This document shows, in pieces, positions 1 to 12,705 of a DNA stretch of 64,000 bases. Positions within the stretch are counted from its first letter, which is position 1. The number at the start of each line of letters is the position of its first letter. The notes below the pieces were generated by a model. That model did not search any database. It was not told where the DNA came from and saw only the letters and a list, made by a program, of their open reading frames with translations. This DNA comes from the human T2T-CHM13v2.0 reference genome, Homo sapiens: the NCBI RefSeq assembly GCF_009914755.1, contig NC_060925.1. One strand, given 5' to 3'. Position numbers and translations under genes: made by a program.

Positions 1-121
1 CAAGAGATAGCTGCCTATACCAAGATTCAAGAATCTTTTGTATTATTGATTAGATTCTAGAACATTCAATGATATACAGTAAGACAGAATTTGGTACTTA
101 TGAAGACTGTTTAATTTGTAG

Positions 122-280
<159 letters not shown>

Positions 281-1071
281 TAGTTTCCTTTAAAAATAAC
301 AGATAGGAAAATGATTTCTGTCTCTTCTTTCTTGCTCCTTTTGAGCAGAAAGTTTTCCATATCAGTTTTAATTTTACTTCATACTTTAAAACTCAAAAGT
401 AACTGTCACCTTATGTTCAATTTTTGAAAATATTTGTATATGTGCTCTCTACTAAAGAGATAAGTTAAAGTTTATAGCAGAGTTTACTTCTGAAGCAAAA
501 CATCAAATTTTAACCGCTATAACTATCCATATTTCCTGGAAGGATTTTCTGGTGAGGAATTTTAATTCCAGTTACAATATTTGCTCTCATTTTTAGATGA
601 CTTGTGTCTCCATTCCTAATTCTTGGGTTTTTTTTGTGGTGAATAGGTAGCTTATCTATTTAATGAGGAGCAGAATTTGAGATGAATAGCTACCTTATTT
701 GTCTTCCAAGCTTAGTAGAGAGTACAGGCTTTCTCCTGGTGACCCACTGAAATTTCCCAAATAGTAACCTTTTCAGTCTCATCTGAGTTGTGTCTCCCCA
801 AAATGGGCTTTTTGCCTTTCCTCCTATTTATGGTAGTTTCCGGTTCTCTCAGTTTATCATTCCTATATATATTTGGCCAAGTGTCTGGAATGAATGTAGG
901 TGTTTAGTTCACATTACTTTCCTTTCACAGTTGATTTTTGATCTTGTAGGAAAATAGTTATAAGGTATGAAATATTTTGGAATTTTATTAGCACACTATA
1001 AATTTAATCAATAATTCTTTAAATTTCTGCCTCTCTGTAAGTCACACTGAATTAGAAACTTTGTTTTCTAG

Positions 1072-1269
1072 GTTCGTATTTATGTGGATGCTGTAATTAA
1101 TCATATGTGTGGTAATGCTGTGAGTGCAGGAACAAGCAGTACCTGTGGAAGTTACTTCAACCCTGGAAGTAGGGACTTTCCAGCAGTCCCATATTCTGGA
1201 TGGGATTTTAATGATGGTAAATGTAAAACTGGAAGTGGAGATATCGAGAACTATAATGATGCTACTCAG
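1072..1269 (+). CDS. AMY1: AMY1 coding exon 3 (VRIYVDAVINHMCG...NYNDATQ)
   Basis: 198 bp, ttctag/gtaatt boundaries; GH13 conserved region I (DAVINH). Confidence 0.98.
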
Positions 1270-1717
1270 GTAATTTTTTTACGAGAGTGATCTGAATAAG
1301 GAGTGATATATGCCTTTTGTTGTAGACATGTAGCTAATTGAACTTCGTTGTAAATATGAATTTAGATCTCTTAGGGACAGAGGTTAACAAGTTTGACTAC
1401 TTTAAGAAACTCAAATCCATATTTGAAAACCTTTAAATATTGATTTAAGATTTTTAATCAATACACATTTGTCCACTTTTAAAAAGCTCCCAACCAATTG
1501 AAAAACTCATCGACTTTATTTCCTAAGTTCTCTATTTTCTATTAGAAAATATTTCCAAGATACATCTATAGTAGAATGTGAGCATCCCCAGTGTCCAATG
1601 CAAGGAAGTCACCATAGAATATCTCTTGAGGAATCATGGAATAAATGAATAATCAAATGGATTCTCAGGCGAAAAGTGAGGTTTTATTAATCAATCATAA
1701 CATTCTTACCTCAACAG

Positions 1718-1948
1718 GTCAGAGATTGTCGTCTGTCTGGTCTTCTCGATCTTGCACTGGGGAAGGATTATGTGCGTTCTAAGATTGCCGAATATATGAA
1801 CCATCTCATTGACATTGGTGTTGCAGGGTTCAGAATTGATGCTTCCAAGCACATGTGGCCTGGAGACATAAAGGCAATTTTGGACAAACTGCATAATCTA
1901 AACAGTAACTGGTTCCCGGAAGGTAGTAAACCTTTCATTTACCAGGAG
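1718..1948 (+). CDS. AMY1: AMY1 coding exon 4 ([18 protein letters not shown]...GFRIDASKH...FIYQE)
   Basis: 231 bp, caacag/gtacgt; catalytic nucleophile Asp (RIDASKH) and acid/base Glu (YQE). RLSG, ALGKD, RIDA and FPEGSK are salivary rather than pancreatic residues. Confidence 0.98.
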
Positions 1949-2437
1949 GTACGTCAATACATATAGGCATATAAAATATCATCCTATTCATTAGAAAATT
2001 CACGGCAGATTCAATTAAAAATGCAATTTCTGTAGGATAAAGACTGAGTCATTTCCTTAAAACAGTGTTCTTTAACCTCCTCTTCTTCACATACAGCATA
2101 TCTAATTCTTTATCACAACAGGTTTTATGGAGGTACACAGAATGTAGGATACTGATAATAGTTATGTCTTTATTTTCTTTGGAAAATGAAATGAGTTAAT
2201 ATTTATCAAAAAAAGTCAGTCAGATAGTAAATATCGTATTCCTGTGAGCTGTTATTATTATCATTGATGTACAAGACTAAAAATTAGGTAAGTATTCTCA
2301 CAGGACAACAGGTAACTTTGACATTATGTTTCTTTCAATATTGTAGTGTATACTTTATCAAAAAAAGAATATAAGAATATTACCGATGAAGATAATAAGA
2401 ATAAGAAAACGATTTTGAGCGTTTCATATAACAAATA

Positions 2438-2565
2438 GGACCAGGCGTGGTGGCTCTTGCATGTAACTCAGCACTTTGGGAGGCTGAGGCAGGAGAATTC
2501 CTTGAGGCCTGGAGTTTGGGACCATCCTGGACGATATAGCAAGACCCTGTCTCTAAAGAACAAAG
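2438..2565 (+). mobile_element. Alu monomer (FLAM-like) in AMY1 intron
   Basis: ggaccaggcgtggtggctc...gcaagaccctgtctctaaa; single arm only. Confidence 0.85.
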
Positions 2566-2687
2566 CACAACAAGTCTAAAATAACTCAGAAATAGCTGAA
2601 AGCTAATTTTTATATAATATAAACTTATCGGTTAAAATGCTTTAAAGTCCTTATGCAAAATGTTTTTTTTTCCTAAATTTCTTCTAG

Positions 2688-2821
2688 GTAATTGATCTGG
2701 GTGGTGAGCCAATTAAAAGCAGTGACTACTTTGGTAATGGCCGGGTGACAGAATTCAAGTATGGTGCAAAACTCGGCACAGTTATTCGCAAGTGGAATGG
2801 AGAGAAGATGTCTTACTTAAA
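2688..2821 (+). CDS. AMY1: AMY1 coding exon 5 (VIDLGGEPIKSSDYFGNGRVTEFKYG...MSYLK)
   Basis: 134 bp, ttctag/gtaaat boundaries; in frame with neighbouring exons. Confidence 0.98.
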
Positions 2822-3403
2822 GTAAATAAATACAACTTTTCCCCTGAACTATTTCATAGATCTGTTAGTCATACTACCCCAGTGCGAGTTATCTTCTGGA
2901 ACATTCTTATTCAGACAACTATTAAGGAGTCAGTTGTTAATGATAAGTATTCTAGTGCCCTAAACTCTAATCAATCATCTTTTGTATTTAGAGTGTCTGT
3001 CACAAGACAGTATGCCTAGGAACGCTAAACTTACCCTAGGAGTTTCTGTCTGCGTACAAGATGAATATACTGGATTTGACTGATGTTTGCATATAATCTT
3101 TTAAAGCCAGGTTATTATTAAAATGATCCTATCATTTATAAAGTATGTACAAAGTGTCCATGCTATTGTATTTACTTATACGAATTGGAAATGTAAAATG
3201 ATTTATATTATAACAATACAATATTAAAGCCTTATTTTAATCTAGTTTGACATTCTGTATAATGTGATGTGGATATTGATCCTTCTGGAGTGCCTCTAAA
3301 TGATAATGTGCTGAAACCTCTGAAAGGAAATTTTTTAATAACAAACATTTTATATTTGTAATATGAATATAAGTATTCCATACATGTATATACAAATATG
3401 GAC

Positions 3404-3500
3404 TATATATATGTAGATTACACACGTGTGTTTGTTTATGAGGTGTGTGTGTATATATATGTGAGTGTGTGTTTGTGTGTGTGTGTGTATATATATATAT
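3404..3500. repeat. Compound (TG)n/(TA)n microsatellite in AMY1 intron
   Basis: Direct reading: gtgtgtgtatatatatgtgagtgtgtgt...tatatatatata. Confidence 0.85.
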
Positions 3501-3599
3501 CTTACAGAGTAACCATCTAATTAGAGAAAGAATTTAATCTTCAGATGCCATGCCTTACAGAAAGAGATGCACAGTAGAGTTACTCTCAAACTATTGTGA

Positions 3600-3761
<162 letters not shown>

Positions 3762-3853
3762 TAGAAAACCAAGTTCTCTATTTTTTAACACCTCTTTTAA
3801 TGATGGTATGAATATTGTGATATTCTATGATAATATAATTATGTAACTTTCAG

Positions 3854-3953
3854 GCTGTACAAAATGGCAGTTGGATTTATGCTTGCTCATCCTTATGGAT
3901 TTACACGAGTAATGTCAAGCTACCGTTGGCCAAGATATTTTGAAAATGGAAAA
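3854..3953 (+). CDS. AMY1: AMY1 coding exon 7 ([33 protein letters not shown])
   Basis: 100 bp, tttcag/gtaagt; WPRYFENGK is the salivary form (pancreatic WPRQFQNGN). Confidence 0.98.
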
Positions 3954-5139
3954 GTAAGTTTTGGAGTTGTTCAAAATATCCTTTTCTCAAGAAAAAAGAG
4001 GCAATCTTCTCCTAATTTAATATGACAACTATTAAGTGTTTATTTATTCAACAAATATTTAATTATTGTAAACCTGATACAGGGTTGTGATTTAGTAATG
4101 CAGGTTATATTAAAGGAATAAACTTTATATTCTCCATTGAAAAAGAATAGCAAGCTTTTTCAGAGATATGACAAACATCCCCCTAGCCCGCAGGGAAAAT
4201 AAAAATAAAAATTAAAAAAACCACTTAAAAATAAGAGCTAGGCACAGGGATTAAAATATATACTTCGTACCTTCCTCAGGTTTAATTGGAAGAATATAGA
4301 TGCCAACCCTTGTAGAGAACTTAAAACATCATCTGCCCGTAGTGAGAACAATATAAATGTCTTTTAAATACTGTTAAAAAGTTATATGGTATAGAAACAA
4401 ATGATCCAGTTCAGCTGAGTTAAATAGGGAAAGTATACTATAAGAGGAAGGAAATTGTATGTACTAAAGGATAGAAATTTATAGAGAGTATTCCAAGAAA
4501 GGTAAGAATGAGAAAAATATTTGGGAGTATGGTAAAGACATCACTCTGCTGAGTAGTTTCAAAAAGGAACAGAGAAATAAGAGTGTAAAGATATTTGGAA
4601 AGCTAGTAGAAGGTTTTCTTTTAAACTAAAGGGTTGAGAAACAGCATCAGAGACTTCAGAACTAAAGCAGAAATTCCTCCTTCCTATGAGTCACACAGAT
4701 ATCTAGCTAGCTTTTTTTAGATTCCTTTCAGTTTGAGAAGTCCGCTACTATGTATAACAACTGATTCTATTGTTAAACAGCTTTAATATTTAGAAGGTGT
4801 ACTTTTATATTGAGACAACTTCTTATAATTTCTACTAATTGGTCTTATTTCTGTTGTTAGGAGTCAGAGAGTTCTTTTATTTTTTCTATTACTATAACAT
4901 TCCCACTTTGACAGGACTGCTGCATGCTATAAACTCTTAAGTTTTGTTCACTTTTCACCATATGACGTGATTTTAAGGTGAACACTGATAAACTTCCTAG
5001 GGTTACTCTGTGTTTTTTAATGAAGATTTCTTAAAGTGCCAATCAGAAAAGCATAATACTAAAAATATGGTCAATTTATAAAAAAAAATGTTCAGATGTA
5101 GTATTTTGTACATTTATCTAAAAAGAAGCATGACGGCCT

Positions 5140-5330
5140 CCAATATTTATTTAGCATATGTCATGTTCAAGGCATTTTCACATATATTACTTAATTTTTA
5201 TAGCAAAAGAACTCATTATTCTCATTTTACAAATGAGGAAACTGAGACACAGAGAAATTATTTATATTGATTAAATTTTCTCAGCTACTAGTAATAGAGC
5301 CTATGTTTTAATCCTGGTGTTTCTAGTACT
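5140..5330 (-). mobile_element. MIR SINE
   Basis: MIR core cattttacaaatgaggaaactgag at about 5224-5247. Confidence 0.7.
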
Positions 5331-5390
5331 AATGCCCTTCCCATTTCAATGCCATTGCATGGCTTACAGTGATGTTAAGAAGCCCTTGCA

Positions 5391-5669
5391 GGCCAGGTGC
5401 AGTGGCTCACACCTATAATCCCAGCACTGTGTGCGGCCAGCTGAGAAGGTCAGCTGACCTGAGGAGTTCAAGACCTATCTGGGCAAGCTAGCAAGACCTT
5501 GCCTCTACTGAAAATTAAAAAAAAAAAAAAAATTAGCTGGGTGCGGTGGTGCACACCAACAGTCTTAGCTACTTGGGAGGCTGAGATGGGAGGTTCGCTT
5601 GAGCCTCGGAGATCAAGGCTGCAGTGAGCTACGATCATGCCACTGTACTCCAGCCTGGGTGACAGAGCA
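5391..5669 (+). mobile_element. AluJ-type element lacking its 3' terminus and poly(A)
   Basis: Dimeric Alu with AluJ-type right arm (gatcaaggctgcagtgagctacgatc); flanked by aagaagcccttgca / aagaagtctttgca. Confidence 0.9.
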
Positions 5670-5933
5670 AAGAAGTCTTTGCAGTGCCTTGGAATGAAAA
5701 GGAGAGGATAACAATTTGCTACCTTTGTTTGAAATATGGCAAAAGAGAACCAGAGGATAGAGAGATGATGAAGACCCAGTAAAGGGCTATAAAAATCAAT
5801 GAAGGCATTGGATTCTAGATAAAGTCACTGAATGCAGAGACACAAGTAACAGGATAGGTTGGGTTTGGTTTAAAGGAGAAGGAAGAGATAAATATATATA
5901 TGCTAAAATTTGGCTTTTCCTCCTGTAATTAAG

Positions 5934-6052
5934 GATGTTAATGATTGGGTTGGGCCACCAAATGATAATGGAGTAACTAAAGAAGTTACTATTAATCCAG
6001 ACACTACTTGTGGCAATGACTGGGTCTGTGAACATCGATGGCGCCAAATAAG
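5934..6052 (+). CDS. AMY1: AMY1 coding exon 8 (DVNDWVGPPNDNGVTKEV...CEHRWRQIR)
   Basis: 119 bp, attaag/gtgaga; PPNDNGVTK salivary residues. Confidence 0.98.
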
Positions 6053-6162
6053 GTGAGAATATGTATTTAGACATGTCCTCTAATAGTAAATTTCCGTAGC
6101 ACTTTATTTAAAACAGTTGAAGTTTAAGAATATCAACGTTTTATATGGTATTGTGTTTTTAG

Positions 6163-6288
6163 GAACATGGTTAATTTCCGCAATGTAGTGGATGGCCAGC
6201 CTTTTACAAACTGGTATGATAATGGGAGCAACCAAGTGGCTTTTGGGAGAGGAAACAGAGGATTCATTGTTTTCAACAATGATGACTG
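6163..6288 (+). CDS. AMY1: AMY1 coding exon 9 ([42 protein letters not shown])
   Basis: 126 bp, ttttag/gtaagt boundaries. Confidence 0.98.
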
Positions 6289-7607
6289 GTAAGTAAATAT
6301 CAATTAAAAATAATATTTTGTACCAGTATGTTCTTGGTTTATTCTTTTTTTTTTCTGTTCATTGACATTTATCATATCTGAAAAATCATGTAGTCAGTGG
6401 AGCGAGAAGACAATAGAGATCAAAATTGGGTAGAAGCAAAAGGATGATGGCTGTTACTCCTTCGTTCTCCTGTTTTCATAAGGGCTTTCTGTTGTAAGCA
6501 GAATCCTTTCTGTGCACCCTTGCAATATCTTATGCATATATAGAATGCACATTCATATGCTTACCTACACATGCCACAAAATACACAAAGTAATTAATAG
6601 AAGGATTGTGAAATCATTAAAAGAACGTTTCTTATAGTCCTGCTCTTTTAATCATGGAAAAATGCTGCCTCAGTACTAAAATATCTTTATTTCTCTTTTT
6701 CTCAATGACAGCTCTACCTAGTTTTTTGGTATACTTTCTTCACTTCTCTGTCTCCTTGTGACAAATAACATTTTTAAAGCATATGGATAAATAATATGTA
6801 TCTTGTGGTTAATGATTTGCTTCAGGAGACTTGAGTTTTAGTTCTGAAACTTCTCATTATTGGCCTTTCATCTGTGATTTTTGTATCCTTTGGCTGTAGT
6901 ATAAATGATTCCCGAAACTGTAGCTGAGAAGACCTCCTTGCAAACAGTTGAATTGTCTCTGTCCAAGGCCAACTGACACTCATACTTAGCTCACTCTAGT
7001 ATAAATTATACTTCACTTATGAAAAATAAATAAATACAAAAATATATAAGTCAAGTTGATCTCTTTCCTGCCAAAAAAATGCGTGTCTATTTCCTTAGTT
7101 TCCTTCTTTTGTGGATGAAAATACCAAAAAAATCTTTTGTGAAAAAGCTTTATATTTCAAACTATCACTTCCTCATACAAATGCTAGATTGTTTTTATGT
7201 ACACCCTAAATTCTTTTTGACCTCATGTAGAATAAAAGAAGGTTAAAAAAATAATACCCTTTAAATTTTTAAAGTAATTGGCATTAAGTTCAGTTGAGAA
7301 AAAATTTGATTTTACCAAGGTAGCACTTTATCAAAATGTGACCGCTCCCGCCAATCTTCGGTGATATTCTTCAACTTTGATTTTTCGGTTATATTTTCAC
7401 TACTGAAAAGGAAATTGGTAGGTTTTCTGTAAGGTTACTTTTGGTCCTAGAAAGCTGTTTACACCTACTAGGGAGGCATATGGGTTTTCTTCTTAATGAG
7501 ACTTCACTGCTTAGGGTTCTAAAACATAAAGTTATGCTGTTTATTTGTGTTAGTCTGTATTCTTGATTTCATTGTTTTGAAGTTAAATCTGAAATTTTAT
7601 TTTACAG

Positions 7608-7797
7608 GACATTTTCTTTAACTTTGCAAACTGGTCTTCCTGCTGGCACATACTGTGATGTCATTTCTGGAGATAAAATTAATGGCAACTGCACAGGCAT
7701 TAAAATCTACGTTTCTGATGATGGCAAAGCTCATTTTTCTATTAGTAACTCTGCTGAAGATCCATTTATTGCAATTCATGCTGAATCTAAATTGTAA
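7608..7797 (+). CDS. AMY1: AMY1 last coding exon ([21 protein letters not shown]...AIHAESKL*)
   Basis: 190 bp from ttacag to TAA at 7795-7797. The nine exons sum to 1368 nt, matching residues 57-511 plus stop of human AMY1. Confidence 0.98.
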
Positions 7798-7805
7798 AAT
7801 TTAAA

Positions 7806-7852
7806 ATTAAATGCAAATCCGCAAAGCAATAGCTAAGTGTGTTTCTTTTCTT
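7806..7852 (+). terminator. AMY1 polyadenylation signal (ATTAAA) with downstream GU/U-rich element
   Basis: ATTAAA at 7806-7811, 8 nt after the stop codon; gtgtgtttcttttctt at about 7837-7852; a second AATAAA at 7888-7893. Confidence 0.75.
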
Positions 7853-7959
7853 ACATATACAGTAATAGTTACATATCATTAATTTTAAATAAAAGCTCTA
7901 ATTAGTAAAAAGAGGTTTAAGACACTTGATAGTATGAAATACAATTCCAGGTTACACAT

Positions 7960-10900
7960 AAGTTATTTATTTTGGCAAAAGGATGACTCAAAAATTTTAA
8001 AACTAGGCAACAATCTTTACTCATTAAGAGGTAAGACTTAGCTTTCCAAACAGTTTGTCTCCTGTCTACTCTTTTCTCTCCTTGGCATTCTACCAACAAG
8101 GCAAACCAAATATTTCATTATTCTTCTCTATTACATGAAAAATCTGTACAAGGGAAGGAAAGCCAAATTTTACCCTTACATAGGTTTCAAAAGAATCCTT
8201 TTTCCATAGGCAACATTTACATTTTTATGCCTTTTTATAATCTTTTACCACAAACACATTTAAGTGTTCCTACACACCTTGCATGTAAATTTATTTTTAG
8301 TTGTCTTATTTACATATTTTTATGGTCAATCTTAGCAATTTTTAACTTTAATGTAAACCTGGTAAGTTGTTTTAATTATGTACTAGATGCAGATAAAGTC
8401 TGACTTTTTCCATTCTAGTTAGGGCATGGTTAATTTCATATGTCCCCAGGCCTTACCAAGTTGTAAAGTAGGCAGCCTACAACCTTGAAATATTTAGCAA
8501 GCCTTTTATCTAATTTATGTGATTTAAACCTGCTATTTACATATTGATGATATTTGCATTTTCCAATTTGATCTTTAAAACAGTTTTTATTTCTTAGAGT
8601 TTAAAAACACATAAACTAAAAGGCATTACGGTTTTAACTTTCCTCTAAAATATTTGATTTAAGTGCTTATTTTTATTTAAGGCAATCAATTGGTCCTCGT
8701 TACAGACATCACACACAACACATATATTGCTACACAGACAAACAGAAGAAGATCCAGTAGCTCTAAGATTTCTTCTCGTCCCATTTCCTAATTGCATTAC
8801 TGGCTTCCCAGTAGAGCCCTTTAAGAACAGGGATAGCAAACCACGAAGTTTCTAGGGCCTAATCAACTTGTATAGCTGTAAGACAAAAACAGATTTTGAG
8901 CAGGATTGATCAGCCTCTAGATTCTGGGATTCCATGAGGAAAACAGAGGTTTCTCCCAAAATGGAATCCATCATGCATTTTCTGTTTTTCCCAAAACGTT
9001 TCAGGCCACCAGAAGTTATCTTGTGTGCATTAAGAGTGGAAAGACAGAGTGGAGAACAGTAATTCAGTCAATGGAAAAGTTCTTTTCAAGAAAAACACGA
9101 TCCAAGAAGACAAAAACATGCAGGTCTTTTAAATATACCTATAACTTGAATATCCACTTTTAATCAAGCTCAGCACCCTTTCAGAAAATCCTTTGACATC
9201 TTCTGTTTCCTGACTTTAGCTAAATCAAGCAGGTAATATTTCTGGCTTTTGAATTTTACCAAAGGTAACATCACAGGGGAAACTAAAAACTCTCCGTTAG
9301 GTTATAAGTTCACCGTTAGTATACAAGATATTTTATAAGTGGTGGTAAGCAGCTTTTACCAGATCTAGAACCTTTAAAGTCAGTTGAGAGAAAGGAAGAT
9401 TTCAGAAAGGCAGTTAGAGTTTTTCATGGCGGAGCACGAGATGATTAAACGTCACACAGTTGTTAACTGGAAAGTATTCATCACCCAGGCTGGGATTGAA
9501 CCTGGGTCACCATTGTAAAAAGGCAACGGCTGAAAAGTGGTACTACCACATGGTTACAGGTTATGCTTAAGGACATAAAACAAGTCGGAGACATGCAGCA
9601 AAGTTTGTTACTGACCAGTTTATGAGGGTGTCTTGAACAGTGAGCTCAAGGAGTCTCAGGCCTGGATTCCATTCCAAGGTACCCTCTGTCTGACTTTTTC
9701 TTCTATTTTCTCTCCTTTTCCTGAGCCTCCTCCTAGTATGTCTTATGAAAGACAGAGGTGGCTACTCTTAGAAGGTTTTCTAAGGTGCCTTCTAGTCCTA
9801 TAGCCTGTTTCTGTAGCTTCCTTCAAATATCAGGAGCTGCTTGAGTAAACCTGTCTTTCAAGATTACCTGTCCCTCAATTGAATTAGAATATAGGGAAGC
9901 ATGTTTTGCCATAGTCTCTGTCAGCCTTTATAGAAAGGTTGAAGGATTTTCATCTAGGTTTTGATCTATCATGGATAGCTTAGAGTAGTTAACAGGTTTG
10001 GCTCTGGTCCTCTGTACACCTTCTACCATATACATCTGAAAGTGATTTCTTTTTCACTCATCTATGGGCTTCGTAGGGTTCCATTTAGAGTTTTCAATGG
10101 ATACTGCCTCTTTTCCTACTAGGTATGGGGATTCTGCCTCTTTCTCACCCTCTTTCCCATTTTGAATGGCTATAGGAGACATGCTGTTCATCTCTGATTT
10201 TTTCTGCTACCTGTAGGGCTGCCTGTCTCTCAGGAGCAGTTAGGGTTTAAGAGTAACATAACATCCTTGCAGGAGAGTTTAAATACTTGGGTTATATCCT
10301 GGAAGGCCTCTATACATGAGTGAAGTTGGCACTTGCCCAGAGTGATCTTCAGTATCTGAAGTTTAGAGACTAGCCAGGCTATACCCAAGGGGAATGCAGG
10401 CTTGAAGATGGGTTGTTACCCATGCAGAAAAGGAGGGGAGTAGAAGGTGTCACTTGGTCTCCTTTCTCCTTTCAAAGTGACCCAGGATGAAGAGAAAGAT
10501 TACAGGGGTGTCCCTCTTCTCCTCTTTCCTCCCACCTCCTTTGGGTCCCAGCAACCATCATAGGTGCTGCCCATGGATGCAAGCATGAATTGCACCCATG
10601 GATCTGGAGGTGCTAGCTGGCAGGAGTAATCATGCTTACCAGCACAATGCCTCATCTCACTGCTCTTCTGGGTACCCAGGCCTCCCAGAAGATTGTACAG
10701 TAGATAAAGTTGGGTGACACAATTTATTAGAGGGAGTGCTTTAACCCTATTCCTGCCTCCTCTAGTTATGGCCCTGGAAAAGAAGTGCATTCCCAGAAAG
10801 TTTTACCCAGTGACTTTTAAACAAAAAAACCCTTTTCTGTTTAAATGCCAATGTATCTGGAAACAGAACAGGTGTCTCACGAGAACATATGCATTTAACG

Positions 10901-11477
10901 GCTGTCCTCCTTCTGATGGGAACAGCACTGAGGCTAGAATTTGTCTCTCAAGGCTGGCTTCCTCCCAACTGTTGAATGTGGAGATTTTTCCTTACAAATG
11001 GGGCAGAGAGTCTGCTTACTGATAGAGGAACACAAAAGGAGAAGAAATCTGGGTACTAGAGGTTTTTGGCAAAGGGCTGAAAAGACTCTTTGCAGAGAAA
11101 AAAATCCTATTTCATGAGGTGGTGCTGTAGGTTCTGAACAGTTAGGTAAAATCTGTGACTCTAAATTTTTTCCAGGCAGAAGTTAGAAAGAGAAGTTTGG
11201 GGAAGTTAGAAAGAGAGGTTAGAAAGAGAGGTTTGGGGTTTAACCATACATGCCTCCCAGCAGTAGAAAATTAACTTTTCTTATTAATAGACTCTTTAAA
11301 TTCAGTCAGCAGTGCTGAGCTTTTACATGAAGGAAAAGCAACCAAAATGGAGAGGGAGGAAGATATTCACTTGGGGTGAAATATCTTCTCATAGAGTGCC
11401 ATAAATGACTGTCATTGTGGGACAAAAAGCACTTACTAGGTGAAGGTGTAGACTGAAATCTTGCAATCCCCTGGTAT
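7960..11477 (-). mobile_element. ERV1 (MER4-group) internal sequence with degenerate gag
   Basis: Minus-strand translation at about 10050-9760 gives RNHFQMYMVEGVQRTRAKPVNYSKLSMIDQNLDENPSTFL*RL...SIEGQVILKDRFTQAAPDI*RKLQKQ, a gammaretrovirus-like capsid/MHR region with stops. It is contiguous with a MER4 LTR piece. Confidence 0.85.
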
Positions 11478-11643
11478 TTTGAGTTTCTGATTAGCCTTTC
11501 CAAAGGAATAAAATCAGATTTGTATCTATCTCAGTGAGCAGAGGGATGACTTTGAGTAGAATGGGAGGAAGGTTTGTTCTAAGCAGTTTCCGGCTTGAAT
11601 TTTCCTTAGTGATTTTGGGGTCCCAATATATTTTCCTTTCACA
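11478..11643 (-). mobile_element. MER4A-type LTR, 5'-most ~165 bp only
   Basis: Reverse complement begins TGTGAAAGGAAAATAT...TGGGACCCCAAAATCACTAAG...GGAAAGGCTAATCAGAAACTC, matching the recalled MER4A start. Confidence 0.85.
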
Positions 11644-12705
11644 CATCTGACAAGGGATTAATAACTAGAATATCTAAGGAGCTCAAACAACTCTAGAGGA
11701 AAAAATCTAATAATTGGATCTAAAAGTGGGCAAAAGATTTGAATAGACATTTCTCAAAAGCAGGTATACATATGGCAACCAAGCATATGAAAATGTGCTG
11801 AACATCACTGATCAGAGAAATACAAATAAAAACTACAATGAGATATTATCTCACCCCAGTTAAAATGGCTTTTATTTAAAAGACAGGCAATAAGAAATGC
11901 TGTTGAGGATCTGGAGCAAAGGGAACCATCATATACTTTTTGTGGTTATGTAAATTAGTACAGCTGCTATGGAAAACAGTTGGGAGGTTCCTCAAAAAAC
12001 TAAAAATAGAGCTATGACATGATCCAGGAATCCCACTGCTAGGTATATACCCAAAAGTAAGAAAATCAGCATACTGAAATGATATCTGCATTCCCATGTT
12101 TATTCCAGCCCTGTTCACAATAGCTAAGACTTGGAAACAACCTAAATGTCCATCAACAGATGAATGGATAAAGAAAATGTGGTACATATATACAATGGAG
12201 TACTATTCAACTATAAAAAAATGAGATGCTGTCATTTGCAACAATACAGATGGAACTGTACATTATTATGTGAAGTAAAATAAACCAGACCCAGAAAGAA
12301 AAACATCACATGTTCTCACTTATTTGTGGGAGCTAGAAATCCAAACGATGGAACACATGGACTTAGAGAGTAGAAAGATTGTTACTAGAGGCTGGGAAGG
12401 GTAGGATGAGAAGCAAGTGGGAATTTTCAATGGGTACAAAAAAACAGTTAGGAAAATGAATAAGACCTAGTATCTGACAGCACAACAGGGTGACTATAGT
12501 CAATAACAACTTAATTGTACATTTTAAAATAACTAAAAGAATATAATTAGATTGTTTGTAACATAAAGGATAAATGCTTGTGGTGATGGATAACCATTTA
12601 CCCTGATGTTATTATTACACATTGTCTGCCTGTATCAAAATGTGACATATGCCCTGTAAGTATATACACCTGCTAGGTACCAACAAAAATTAAAAATTTA
12701 AAAAA
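11644..12705 (+). mobile_element. L1MA (about L1MA2-3) ORF2 end and 3' UTR
   Basis: catctgacaagggattaata...; 3' end ccatttaccctgatg...gtaccaacaaaaattaaaaa. Confidence 0.88.

Noticed and set aside
9483-9535. tRNA-like stretch (cccaggctgggattgaacctgggtc, reverse T-loop/B-box pattern)
   Set aside because: Too short and degenerate for a cloverleaf, and embedded in ERV internal sequence; not a tRNA gene.
10500-11022. 96-aa and 102-aa ORFs in the ERV leader region
   Set aside because: No recognisable domain; they lie in degenerate retroviral sequence and are of chance length.
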